The position numbers were made by a program, and so were the translations under genes. DNA of 64,000 nt. Source: a virus. Location of the stretch: positions 1 through 64,000 of the IMG/VR virus record IMGVR_UViG_3300045971_000354, one strand, 5' to 3'. Positions within the stretch are counted from its first letter, which is position 1. Every line of letters starts with the position of its first letter. Below, piece by piece: positions 1 to 9,432 of the stretch. Below the pieces are notes generated by a model. That model did not search any database and was not told where the DNA came from. It saw nothing but the letters and a program-made list of their open reading frames with translations.

Positions 1-1
1 T

Positions 2-3000
2 TGCAGTAGTTGCGCTCACCGCACTTACAGCAGTACCAACTAATAATGTAGTTGTTGATACAAATGTCGCTGTATTTGCACCCATTCGTAATATCTGACC
101 AGTTGTGCCTGTTCCGATGAATCCAGTAATACCTGGAGAGATCTGATAATGAATTACACCTGCTGTTCCACCTGCGATATTTGTTGCTGTAGTTGCCGAG
201 GCAACTTGTAATGTAGACGACCCAACTAGGGAATACGCAACTGCCGCACTTGTTGCAGTAAATGCATATGTTGCAGTAGTTGCATAACCGACTTGCGTAG
301 TTGATGTACTTGCTAACGCATATGCAGTAGCCGCACTTGTCGCAGTAGTTGCACTTACCGCAGTTCCAACTAATAATGTCGTTGTTGAAACAAATGTCGC
401 TGTATTTGCACCCATCGCCAATAGCTGACCAGTAGTACCAGTTCCGATGAATCCAGTTAGGCCGGATGCAGTTTGATATGCAATTGCTCCAAAAGTTCCA
501 CCTGCGATATTAGTTGCAGTAGTTGCAGTTCCATTTATAGTTCCCGCAAATGCTCCAACGAATGAGGTTGCAGTTACAGTTCCACCTACAAACAATCCAC
601 CTGCAATACCAACTCCACCTGCAACTTGCAATGCACCGGTGTTTGTTGAGTTTGTAGAAGCAGTGCTTGCAGCAAGTATAACACCGGTCTTAAATGTTCC
701 GTATGTCGTAGTTCCGGTAAACACACCAGATGTATTTTCAGCACCTGTATTATACCACTCTAAATATTTTGTGTTGTTTGCTAAAACTAATGCGCCATTT
801 TGATCAGCCCCATTAAAATAATGGAACATTAAACCTATATCTTTCCCGTCATCTACTGCCCAGGTACCGGATGGAGGAGTATGTAAATCAAGTAGGTTAT
901 CAGTGTAAATGGTATTAGTGCTTAGAACGTAAGTAGCTGTGCCATTAAATGTTACGGGGCCACTAAATGTAACTGGATTAACAACAGTACCGCCTACCCA
1001 ACTATAGGCAGTAGCCGCACTTGTCGCAGTAGTTGCATTTACAGCACTTACCGCAGTTCCAACTAATAATGTCGTTGTTGATACAAACGTCGCAGTGTTT
1101 GCACCCATCGCCAATAGCTGACCAGTAGTGCCTGTGCCAATAAATCCAGTAATTCCTGGAGAGATCTGATAATGAATTACTCCAGCTGTTCCGCCTGCAA
1201 TGTTAGTTGCAGTAGTCGCCGACGCAACTTGTAACGCAGCAGAGCCCACTAATGAGTAAGCAATTGCTGCCGATGTTGCAGTAAATGCATTTGTTGCGGT
1301 GTTGGCATAACCTACTTGAGTTGTTGAAGTACTTGCTAGTGAATAGGCAACTGCGGCAGAAGTTGCTGTATTTGCAAATCCAACTTGAGTTGTTGAAGTA
1401 CTTGCTAATGAGTAAGCAGTAGCCGCACTTGTTGCCGTAGTTGCACTAACGGCATTTACAGCAGTTCCAACTAATAATGTAGTAGTTGATACAAATGTTG
1501 CGGTATTTGCACCCATCTGTAGCAACGTACCTGTAGTACCTGTGCCAATAAATCCAGTAATTCCTGGGGAGATCTGATAATGAATTACCCCAGCTGTTCC
1601 ACCTGCGATATTTGTTGCAGTAGTTGCAGATGCCACTTGCAAAGAAGCAGAGCCAACTAACGAGTAGGCAACGGCTGCACTAGTTGCTGTATTTGCAAAT
1701 CCCACTTGAGTTGTTGAAGTACTTGCTAACGAGTAAGCAACGGCAGCAGATGTTGCAGTATTCGCATAACCGACCTGAAGTGTCGAAGTCGATACGAATG
1801 TCGCTGTATTTGCACCCATCGCTAATACTTGACCAGTAGTACCAGTTCCAATGAAACCAGTTATGCCTGGGGAAATTTGATAATGAATTACCCCAGCTGT
1901 TCCACCTGCAATATTAGTTGCCGTTGTTGCTGAAGCCACTTGTAATGTAGACGACCCAACTAATGAGTAAGCTACAGCAGCAGAGGTAGCAGTATTTGCA
2001 AATCCAACTTGTGTAGTCGATGTACTTGCTAATGAGTAGGCGACTGCCGCACTTGTCGAAGTGTTCGCATAACCTACTTGAATAGTTGACGTTGAAACAA
2101 ATGTTGCGGTGTTTGCACCCATTTGTAATAACGTACCAGTAGTACCTGTTCCAATAAATCCAGTAATTCCTGGGGAGATCTGATAATGAATTACCCCAGC
2201 TGTTCCACCTGCGATATTTGTTGCTGTTGTTGCGGAAGCTACTTGCAAAGAAGCAGAGCCAACTAGGGAATAAGCAACAGCAGCAGATGTCGCAGTATTT
2301 GCAAATCCAACCTGAGTAGTTGAGGTACTTGCTAATGAGTAGGCAACGGCTGCACTTGTCGCAGTAGTTGCACTAACTGCATTTACAGCAGTGCCGACTA
2401 ATAATGTAGTTGTTGATACAAATGTTGCTGTATTTGCACCCATTTGTAATAACGTACCAGTTGTACCAGTTCCAATGAAACCAGTTATGCCTGGAGAGAT
2501 CTGATAATGAATTACTCCAGCGGTTCCACCTGCAATATTAGTTGCAGTAGTTGCAGATGCCACTTGTAAAGAAGCCGACCCAACTAATGAGTAAGCAATT
2601 GCTGCTGATGTCGCAGTATTTGCAAATCCAACCTGGGTAGTTGAGGTACTTGCTAATGAGTAGGCAACGGCTGCACTTGTCGCAGTATTTGCGTATCCAA
2701 CCTGGGTAGTTGAGGTACTTGCTAATGAGTAGGCAACCGCAGCAGAAGTTGCAGTAGTTGCGCTCACCGCACTTACAGCAGTACCAACTAATAATGTAGT
2801 TGTTGATACAAATGTCGCTGTATTTGCACCCATTCGTAATATCTGACCAGTTGTGCCTGTTCCGATGAATCCAGTTAGGCCGGACGCAGTTTGATATGCA
2901 ATTGCTCCTGCACTGCCGCCTGCGATATTAGTAGTTGTAGTTGCATTTGAAACTGCGCCTATAAATGTTCCCACGAATGAGGTTGCATTTAATACCCCAG

Positions 3001-4627
3001 TGAACGGATTATAGGTTAACTTAGATGAATTAACTTTAACCGCAGTCGAACCGGTTGTTGCAGCTGAAAACATTGGATAGTATGTTACATTAGTACCAGT
3101 ATCATCAGTTACTGTACTGTTTCCTACTACTGATCCGTCATACGTTGTGCCGGCATCGTAGCTCATTAATTTTATAGTTGTATATCCAACAGTGGATAAT
3201 TTCGGAGCAACTCCAGTTTGCCAGGTAATAGATGCAGGCCATGTTAATGGCGACTCAATTCCGCTTGTATTTGTAACTCTTATTGTATACTCGGCCCACA
3301 TTTGAGCGCCGGATTGCCTGTTTACTGCACCAGTTAATGTTATTACAGTCGGTAATGCAACTGTAAGATCATGATATGCTCCAGATACACTACTAAAGTC
3401 AATTGTAAACGTTCCGCCGTTTGCAAAATCGCTCATCCACAAGAACCCCATAGACCCTATAACATTAACGGATCCGCCAATGCCTGAAGTAGATGCCCCG
3501 GGTTGAAATTCAACGTGGCCGCCCTGACCCGACCCAGAGGATCCAGGTTGTAAGAACACACTGCCGGCGCGGGTTGTACCAGTATTGGAATTCGTATACA
3601 TACGAATATGATTGCCAACTTCCGATCGAAGAATTAACGATCCGCCGCCCGATACACTTGGGGGTTGCCAAATAGAATCGCTTTGTCCACCAAGCATTAC
3701 AGGATAAGCTGCGGTTGATGTACCAACAGCTAATGTCTTGTTTACATCATCGTATGTGAAATCTGAACTGAATACCGTTGTATTCGTTGCTGTTTGGAAC
3801 GGTACCTGAGTTGCCGTGCCGCCTAATAAATTTGCGGCGTTGGTTGCAGTAATCGAAGTGGTACTCGGACCAGGAGTAATGGTCGAAGTTGTAAGCTCTT
3901 TTGTTAGCGGATTATAGTAAACTGCAAAGACAGTAGCTGAAAAAGTAGCATCACTGCGTACTGGAGCAATATAAGTTCCAGTATTGGCTGCGTTTACTGC
4001 TACTCCGATCGCACTAATAATAATACTACCAGTTACTTGATTTGTCTGGCCGGCTAGATTTCCAATTGCAATCGAATTTACACCTTGGCTAGAATTTCCG
4101 GCTTGTTGGCCAATTGCAACTGCCTGTGCACCTTGACTTGTCTGGCCGGCTGCATTTCCAACTGCAACAGTATTTGAACCTTGCGTTGATGCGCCGGCGA
4201 ATGGACCAATTGCAACTGCCTGTGAACCTTGAGTTGTTGCGCCGGCATTTGAGCCAACTGCAACTGCGCTCCCGCCTTGCGTAGTGGAACCGGCTTGTTG
4301 GCCAACTGCAACAGTATTTGAACCTTGCGTTGTTTGGCCGGCACTGATACCAATTGCAACTGCACGGCTACCTTGCGTTGTTTGGCCGGCTTGATTTCCA
4401 ATCGAAACAGTATTTGAGCCAGGTGTTGTTCCGAGCCCAAGTGCAATCGACGTTGCATTCGGCAAAGAAATATTCCCACCGACATTTAAGTTTTGGCCTA
4501 TCCCCACGCCTCCCGCAACAATTAATGCACCAGTTGAGGTGTTTGTGCTCGTAGCATTTGATAATAGTGTCGCGGTTGTTGAAACCACAAGACCATTCTT
4601 GACCTTGAAATCATTATTTGTTGCCAT
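2..4627 (-). CDS. Long repetitive tail/head fibre-like protein, 3' end beyond window (>1540 aa); N-terminal YadA-head-like 16-aa repeats
   Basis: Absent from the ORF track because no stop codon is reached in the window. ATG at 4627 follows a TAAATA box (4666-4671) and reads MATNNDFKVKNGLVVSTTATLLSNATSTNTSTGALIVAGGVGIG.... The same frame was spot-checked at ~3660 and at position 2 (...LLVGTAVSAVSATTA). It shares repeat modules with 4684-9363. Confidence 0.85.
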   Translation of the reverse strand, partial: MATNNDFKVKNGLVVSTTATLLSNATSTNTSTGALIVAGGVGIGQNLNVGGNISLPNATSIALGLGTTPGSNTVSIGNQAGQTTQGSRAVAIGISAGQTTQGSNTVAVGQQAGSTTQGGSAVAVGSNAGATTQGSQAVAIGPFAGASTQGSNTVAVGNAAGQTSQGAQAVAIGQQAGNSSQGVNSIAIGNLAGQTNQVTGSIIISAIGVAVNAANTGTYIAPVRSDATFSATVFAVYYNPLTKELTTSTITPGPSTTSITATNAANLLGGTATQVPFQTATNTTVFSSDFTYDDVNKTLAVGTSTAAYPVMLGGQSDSIWQPPSVSGGGSLILRSEVGNHIRMYTNSNTGTTRAGSVFLQPGSSGSGQGGHVEFQPGASTSGIGGSVNVIGSMGFLWMSDFANGGTFTIDFSSVSGAYHDLTVALPTVITLTGAVNRQSGAQMWAEYTIRVTNTSGIESPLTWPASITWQTGVAPKLSTVGYTTIKLMSYDAGTTYDGSVVGNSTVTDDTGTNVTYYPMFSAATTGSTAVKVNSSKLTYNPFTGVLNATSFVGTFIGAVSNATTTTNIAGGSAGAIAYQTASGLTGFIGTGTTGQILRMGANTATFVSTTTLLVGTAVSAVSATTATSAAVAYSLASTSTTQVGYANTATSAAVAYSLASTSTTQVGFANTATSAAIAYSLVGSASLQVASATTATNIAGGTAGVIHYQISPGITGFIGTGTTGTLLQMGANTATFVSTTTLLVGTAVNAVSATTATSAAVAYSLASTSTTQVGFANTATSAAVAYSLVGSASLQVASATTATNIAGGTAGVIHYQISPGITGFIGTGTTGTLLQMGANTATFVSTSTIQVGYANTSTSAAVAYSLASTSTTQVGFANTATSAAVAYSLVGSSTLQVASATTATNIAGGTAGVIHYQISPGITGFIGTGTTGQVLAMGANTATFVSTSTLQVGYANTATSAAVAYSLASTSTTQVGFANTATSAAVAYSLVGSASLQVASATTATNIAGGTAGVIHYQISPGITGFIGTGTTGTLLQMGANTATFVSTTTLLVGTAVNAVSATTATSAATAYSLASTSTTQVGFANTATSAAVAYSLASTSTTQVGYANTATNAFTATSAAIAYSLVGSAALQVASATTATNIAGGTAGVIHYQISPGITGFIGTGTTGQLLAMGANTATFVSTTTLLVGTAVSAVNATTATSAATAYSWVGGTVVNPVTFSGPVTFNGTATYVLSTNTIYTDNLLDLHTPPSGTWAVDDGKDIGLMFHYFNGADQNGALVLANNTKYLEWYNTGAENTSGVFTGTTTYGTFKTGVILAASTASTNSTNTGALQVAGGVGIAGGLFVGGTVTATSFVGAFAGTINGTATTATNIAGGTFGAIAYQTASGLTGFIGTGTTGQLLAMGANTATFVSTTTLLVGTAVSATTATSAATAYALASTSTTQVGYATTATYAFTATSAAVAYSLVGSSTLQVASATTATNIAGGTAGVIHYQISPGITGFIGTGTTGQILRMGANTATFVSTTTLLVGTAVSAVSATTA
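4037..4420 (-). repeat. 8 x 48-nt (16-aa) GSxAVAIGxxAGxTxQ repeats, trimeric autotransporter (YadA) head-like
   Basis: Manual translation: GSNTVSIGNQAGQTTQ, GSRAVAIGISAGQTTQ, GSNTVAVGQQAGSTTQ ... GVNSIAIGNLAGQTNQ. Confidence 0.8.
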
Positions 4628-4665
4628 TCAGTTTCCCCTATCCACAGTAACGGCAGTTACAGATG

Positions 4666-4671
4666 TATTTA
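4666..4671 (-). promoter_or_regulatory. T4-type late promoter core TAAATA
   Basis: tattta on + strand, intergenic, ~40 nt upstream of ATG 4627. Confidence 0.65.
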
Positions 4672-4683
4672 GCTCAATTTTTA

Positions 4684-7600
4684 TTAAGCAGCAATTGTAG
4701 TTCTATTGCCTTTGATAATCATCGATGTTGGAACATAATTAGGAGTAAATGTAACTGTTATGTTGCCGCCGCCAAGGGTTGCATCAAATGTTCCTAGTTC
4801 GCCTGCATTTGTGCTCAGACCGTATTCATTTTTGTAAGCAATTGTTCCATTATGGAAAACCGTCATTTCAGTTATATGCACATTTGTACCGTCAACTACT
4901 TGCCATAAGTAACGAGCAGTTCTATAGGTTGCAATTGCAAATACATCTAAATTAACCAATGCATTTGTTGTTATTGCTGCGCTTGTATAAGAAGCAATCG
5001 TAGTGTTACCTACGTTAACAGTAGTTGCGGTAAAGACTCCGCCTACAAACAATCCGCCGCCAATTCCAACTCCGCCCACCACCTGCAATGCACCGGTATT
5101 TGTCGAGGATACTGCGGTCGATGAGTTAATTATCACAGTGCTAGACGATACAATAAGGCCTGTTACTGTTTGGCCGTATCCGTAGATCGACATGTTTCCA
5201 GATTCTGATCTAATACTGTTAGTCCCAGCTGATCCGCCATTTATTAATACTCGATTACCAGAAACTCCGAATTGGCCAACGTCACCAGATGTTCCAGTTC
5301 CGAATGCTCCGTTAACTGTTCCGAATATATTTGCGCCTTGTATATTGCCCGGAGTAACAATATTTCCACCGATGTTTACTGCACCAGAAGACGGATTAAT
5401 GGTAAAGGAGCTAGTTGTATATTGTGCTAGATAAGTTGACGATGCAGGATTTGCATTAACAAATGTAGGATAATAAGATGCACTTGCTGACTGCGCAACA
5501 GTTGCTACATTAATTGCATTAGTTGCAGTGTTAACTACTCCTGCTACAGTTCCTGCAAATGTTCCGATAAATGTAGTTGCAGTAACAGTTCCACCTACAA
5601 ACAATCCACCGCCAATTCCAACTCCACCTACTACCTGTAATGCACCTGTATTAGTTGAGTTTGTAGAAGCAGTACTTGCAGCAATAATAACTCCAGTCTT
5701 AAATGTTCCATAAGCTGTAGTACCAGTGAATACACCTGATGCATTTTCAGCGCCTGTATTATACCACTCTAAATATTTTGTATCGTTTGCTAAAACTAAT
5801 GCGCCATTTTGATCAGCACCGTTATAATAGTGGAACCTTAAACCTATATCTTTCCCGTCATCTACTGCCCACGGAGTTCCTGTTCCTCCAGGTGGAGTGT
5901 GTAACTCAAGCATATTATCAGTATAGACTGTGTTGGTGCTTAGGACGTAAGTAGCCGTGCCATTAAATGTTACAGTTCCACTAAATGTAACTGGATTAGG
6001 GACTGTGCCACCCACCCAACTATAGGCAGTAGCAGCAGAAGTAGCAGTAGTTGCACTTACTGCACTTACCGCAGTTCCAACTAACAATGTTGTTGTTGAT
6101 ACAAATGTTGCAGTATTTGCACCCATCGCCAATACTTGACCAGTTGTACCTGTGCCGATGAATCCAGTAATTCCTGGAGAGATCTGATAAGGTAGTGCAC
6201 CGGCTGTTCCACCTGCAATGTTAGTTCCAGTAGTTGCGTATGCAACCTGGAATGACGACGTACTTGCCAACGAGTACGCAATTGCTGCATACGTTGAAGT
6301 AGTCGCAGTATTTGCATAACCGACTTGTGTAGTTGAAGTACTTGCTAACGAGTAGGCAACAGCAGCGAATGTTGCGGTAGTTGCATTAACTGCATATCCT
6401 ACTTGTGTAGTCGATGTACTTGCCAACGAGTATGCAATTGCTGCATACGTTGATGTAGTTGCGTTAACTGCATATCCAACTTGTGTAGTTGAAGTACTTG
6501 CTAACGAATACGCAACGGCAGCGAATGTTGCGGTAGTTGCATTAACTGCATATCCTACCTGAAGAGTCGATGTTGATACAAATGTTGCGGTATTTGCACC
6601 CATTTGTAATAATGTACCAGTAGTGCCAGTTCCAATAAATCCGGTAATTCCCGGAGAGATCTGATAATGAATTACTCCAGCAGTGCCGCCTGCAATGTTA
6701 GTTGCAGTAGTCGCCGACGCAACTTGTAACGCAGCAGATCCTAATAAGGAATACGCAACGGCTGCACTTGTCGCAGTAAATGCATATGTAGCAGTAGTTG
6801 CATATCCTACTTGTGTAGTCGATGTACTTGCTAACGAGTACGCAATAGCAGCAAATGTTGAAGTAGTTGCAGTGTTTGCGTAACCAACTTGTGTGGTTGA
6901 AGTACTTGCTAGTGAATAAGCGACAGCAGCAGATGTTGCGGTAGTTGCATTAACTGCATACCCAACTATTAATGTCGTAGTCGATACAAACGTTGCAGTA
7001 TTTGCACCCATTTGTAATAACGTACCCGTAGTACCTGTTCCAATGAAACCAGTAATTCCCGGAGAGATCTGATAATGAATTACTCCAGCAGTGCCGCCCG
7101 CAATGTTAGTTGCCGTTGTTGCAAATCCAACCTGGAATGTTGTTGTGCTTGCAAGTGCATATGCTACAGCAGCAAATGTCGCTGTAGTTGCATTAACTGC
7201 GTAACCTACCTGGGTAGTTGAGGTACTTGCTAACGAGTAGGCAACGGCTGCGCTTGTTGCGGTAGTTGCATTAACTGCATATCCTACCTGAAGAGTTGAG
7301 GTTGAAACAAATGTTGCAGTATTACCTGTCTGCATTTGCAATACAGTTCCTACAGAACCAGTTGTAATAAACGAAGTTAGGCCCGGAGCAGTTTGTACCG
7401 GTATAAATCCAGCTTGACCACCTGCAATGTTAGTTGCCGTCGTTGCAAGTCCTACTTGATATGATCCAGTATTTGCTAAATTGTACGCAACAGCAGCAAA
7501 CCCGACAAATGTAGTTGATGTATTTGCTAGTGCATATGCAACTGCGGCATACGTAGAAGTATTTGCATATCCTACTTGCGTTGTTGAAGTGCTTGCTAGC

Positions 7601-9363
7601 GAATAAGCAACGGCTGCAAATGTTGAGGTAGTCGCTGTATTTGCGTAACCGACTTGAGTAGTTGAGGTACTTGCTAACGAGTAAGCAATTGCTGCATACG
7701 TTGAAGTAGTCGCTGTGTTTGCATACCCTACTTGAGATGTTGACGTACTTGCTATAGAATAAGCAACAGACGCATATGTCGCAGTAGTTGCGTTAACTGC
7801 ATATCCAACTTGAGTAGTTGATGTGCTTGCTAACGAATACGCAACCGCAGCAGAAGTGGAAGTAGTTGCATTAACTGCATAACCGACTAATAATGTAGTT
7901 GTTGATACAAATGTTGCGGTATTTGCACCCATTTGTAATAACGTACCTGTAGTACCTGTGCCGATGAATCCAGTTATACCTGGAGAGATCTGATAATGAA
8001 TTACCCCAGCTGTTCCACCTGCGATATTTGTAGCAGTTGTGATAGTTCCAATAACGGATCCGCTTACGGTTAAGTTTCCGCTAATAGATACTAAACCAGT
8101 TGATGGATTAATACTAAGAGAACTAGTAGTATAATACGCCTGATACGTTGACGAGGCAGAGTTTGCGTTAACAAATGTAGGATAGAAAGCTGCGTTCGTG
8201 ACAGTTGACACAGTCGCCAAGGTATACGCATTGGTTGCAGTATTAACTACACCAGTTACTGTTCCATTAAAGATACCGTTAATTGAGCCGCCGACATATA
8301 AGTTTCCAGCAATTCCAACACCGCCGGCAACTTGCAATGCGCCGGTGCTCGACGATCCAGAAGTCGTAGTATTTGCTAAAAGGATAGCGCCAGTCTTAAA
8401 TGTTCCGTAAGTTGTTGTTCCAGTAACTACACCTAATACACTTTCAGTTCCTGTGCTATACCACTCTAAATATTTGGTATCGTTTGCTAAAACTAACGCA
8501 CCAGATTGATCTGCTCCATTAAAATAACGGAATTTAAAACCTATATCTTTCCCGTCATCTACTGTCCAGGCTCCAGATGGAGGAGTATGTACTTCGATAA
8601 TATTATCGGTATAGTAAGTGTTTGTACTTAGGACGTAAGTTGCCGTACCATTAAATGTTACATTTCCATTAAATGTAACTGGATTAGGAACAGTCCCACC
8701 TACCCAACTGTAGGCAGTAGCAGCAGAAGTTGCTGTAAATGCCGTGATTGCATTTACTGAGGTGCCAACTAACAACGTTGTAGTTGACACAAATGTTGCA
8801 GTGTTTCCAACTTGTTGTTGTAAAAGATTTCCTACAGATCCGGTGTTAATAAAAGAAGTTACGCCTGGCGTCGATTGTACTGGTATAAATCCCGCAGAGC
8901 CGCCTGCAATATTTGTAGAAGTTGTAATAGTTCCAACAACAGATCCGCTTACAGTTAAGGTTCCGCCGATATTTACTGCACCAGTTGCTGGATTAATATT
9001 AAAAGAACTTGTAGTATATTCTGCTAGATAAGTCGACGATGCAGGATTTGAACTTACAAATGTAGGATAGAAAGCTGCGTTGGTTGTGGTTGCAATAGCA
9101 GCAATTGTGTAAGCGTTAGTTGAGGTATTAACAACTCCGTTAACCGTTCCGTTAAAGATTCCGTTTATTTGTCCGCCAACATATAAGTTGCCAGCAATAC
9201 CGACACCACCTGCAATAACTACAGCACCAGTTATAGTTGAATTACTTGTGAGAGTCGACGACGATATGATCGTCCCTGTTGTTACGACATTACTTGTAGA
9301 CGAGTCTACTTGAAAGTTTCCGACTGTTAAGCCGTTGTGAACGAAAAAGTTTTTCGTTGCCAT
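4684..9363 (-). CDS. Long repetitive fibre protein (~1559 aa)
   Basis: ORF track 4684-9405; start moved to ATG 9363 (MATKNFFVHNGLTVG, matching paralogue N-termini). Contains AxxAxxA shaft repeats, GALxVxGGVGI motifs and a C-terminal YRTARY domain. Confidence 0.85.
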   Translation of the reverse strand: MATKNFFVHNGLTVGNFQVDSSTSNVVTTGTIISSSTLTSNSTITGAVVIAGGVGIAGNLYVGGQINGIFNGTVNGVVNTSTNAYTIAAIATTTNAAFYPTFVSSNPASSTYLAEYTTSSFNINPATGAVNIGGTLTVSGSVVGTITTSTNIAGGSAGFIPVQSTPGVTSFINTGSVGNLLQQQVGNTATFVSTTTLLVGTSVNAITAFTATSAATAYSWVGGTVPNPVTFNGNVTFNGTATYVLSTNTYYTDNIIEVHTPPSGAWTVDDGKDIGFKFRYFNGADQSGALVLANDTKYLEWYSTGTESVLGVVTGTTTYGTFKTGAILLANTTTSGSSSTGALQVAGGVGIAGNLYVGGSINGIFNGTVTGVVNTATNAYTLATVSTVTNAAFYPTFVNANSASSTYQAYYTTSSLSINPSTGLVSISGNLTVSGSVIGTITTATNIAGGTAGVIHYQISPGITGFIGTGTTGTLLQMGANTATFVSTTTLLVGYAVNATTSTSAAVAYSLASTSTTQVGYAVNATTATYASVAYSIASTSTSQVGYANTATTSTYAAIAYSLASTSTTQVGYANTATTSTFAAVAYSLASTSTTQVGYANTSTYAAVAYALANTSTTFVGFAAVAYNLANTGSYQVGLATTATNIAGGQAGFIPVQTAPGLTSFITTGSVGTVLQMQTGNTATFVSTSTLQVGYAVNATTATSAAVAYSLASTSTTQVGYAVNATTATFAAVAYALASTTTFQVGFATTATNIAGGTAGVIHYQISPGITGFIGTGTTGTLLQMGANTATFVSTTTLIVGYAVNATTATSAAVAYSLASTSTTQVGYANTATTSTFAAIAYSLASTSTTQVGYATTATYAFTATSAAVAYSLLGSAALQVASATTATNIAGGTAGVIHYQISPGITGFIGTGTTGTLLQMGANTATFVSTSTLQVGYAVNATTATFAAVAYSLASTSTTQVGYAVNATTSTYAAIAYSLASTSTTQVGYAVNATTATFAAVAYSLASTSTTQVGYANTATTSTYAAIAYSLASTSSFQVAYATTGTNIAGGTAGALPYQISPGITGFIGTGTTGQVLAMGANTATFVSTTTLLVGTAVSAVSATTATSAATAYSWVGGTVPNPVTFSGTVTFNGTATYVLSTNTVYTDNMLELHTPPGGTGTPWAVDDGKDIGLRFHYYNGADQNGALVLANDTKYLEWYNTGAENASGVFTGTTAYGTFKTGVIIAASTASTNSTNTGALQVVGGVGIGGGLFVGGTVTATTFIGTFAGTVAGVVNTATNAINVATVAQSASASYYPTFVNANPASSTYLAQYTTSSFTINPSSGAVNIGGNIVTPGNIQGANIFGTVNGAFGTGTSGDVGQFGVSGNRVLINGGSAGTNSIRSESGNMSIYGYGQTVTGLIVSSSTVIINSSTAVSSTNTGALQVVGGVGIGGGLFVGGVFTATTVNVGNTTIASYTSAAITTNALVNLDVFAIATYRTARYLWQVVDGTNVHITEMTVFHNGTIAYKNEYGLSTNAGELGTFDATLGGGNITVTFTPNYVPTSMIIKGNRTTIAA

Positions 9364-9389
9364 AGATCTATATTTCCCTAATAGCAAGC

Positions 9390-9413
9390 CAGGGACGCTT
9401 CGCAACGTCCCTG
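9390..9413 (-). other. Intergenic GNRA-capped stem-loop
   Basis: CAGGGACGTT-GCGA-AGCGTCCCTG on the - strand (10 bp with one G.U). No U-tract follows on the coding strand. Confidence 0.6.
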
Positions 9414-9432
9414 TATTTTATAATTCTAAAAG

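Noticed and set aside
3493-4554. ORF-track entries 3493-3675(+), 4078-4485(-), 4354-4554(+)
   Set aside because: Shadow or alternative frames of the long fibre gene 4627->2.
1-8050. Regular repeats that could look like a CRISPR or TIGR-type array
   Set aside because: They are in-frame coding repeats with third-position variation and no unique spacers; no cas-like genes are present.
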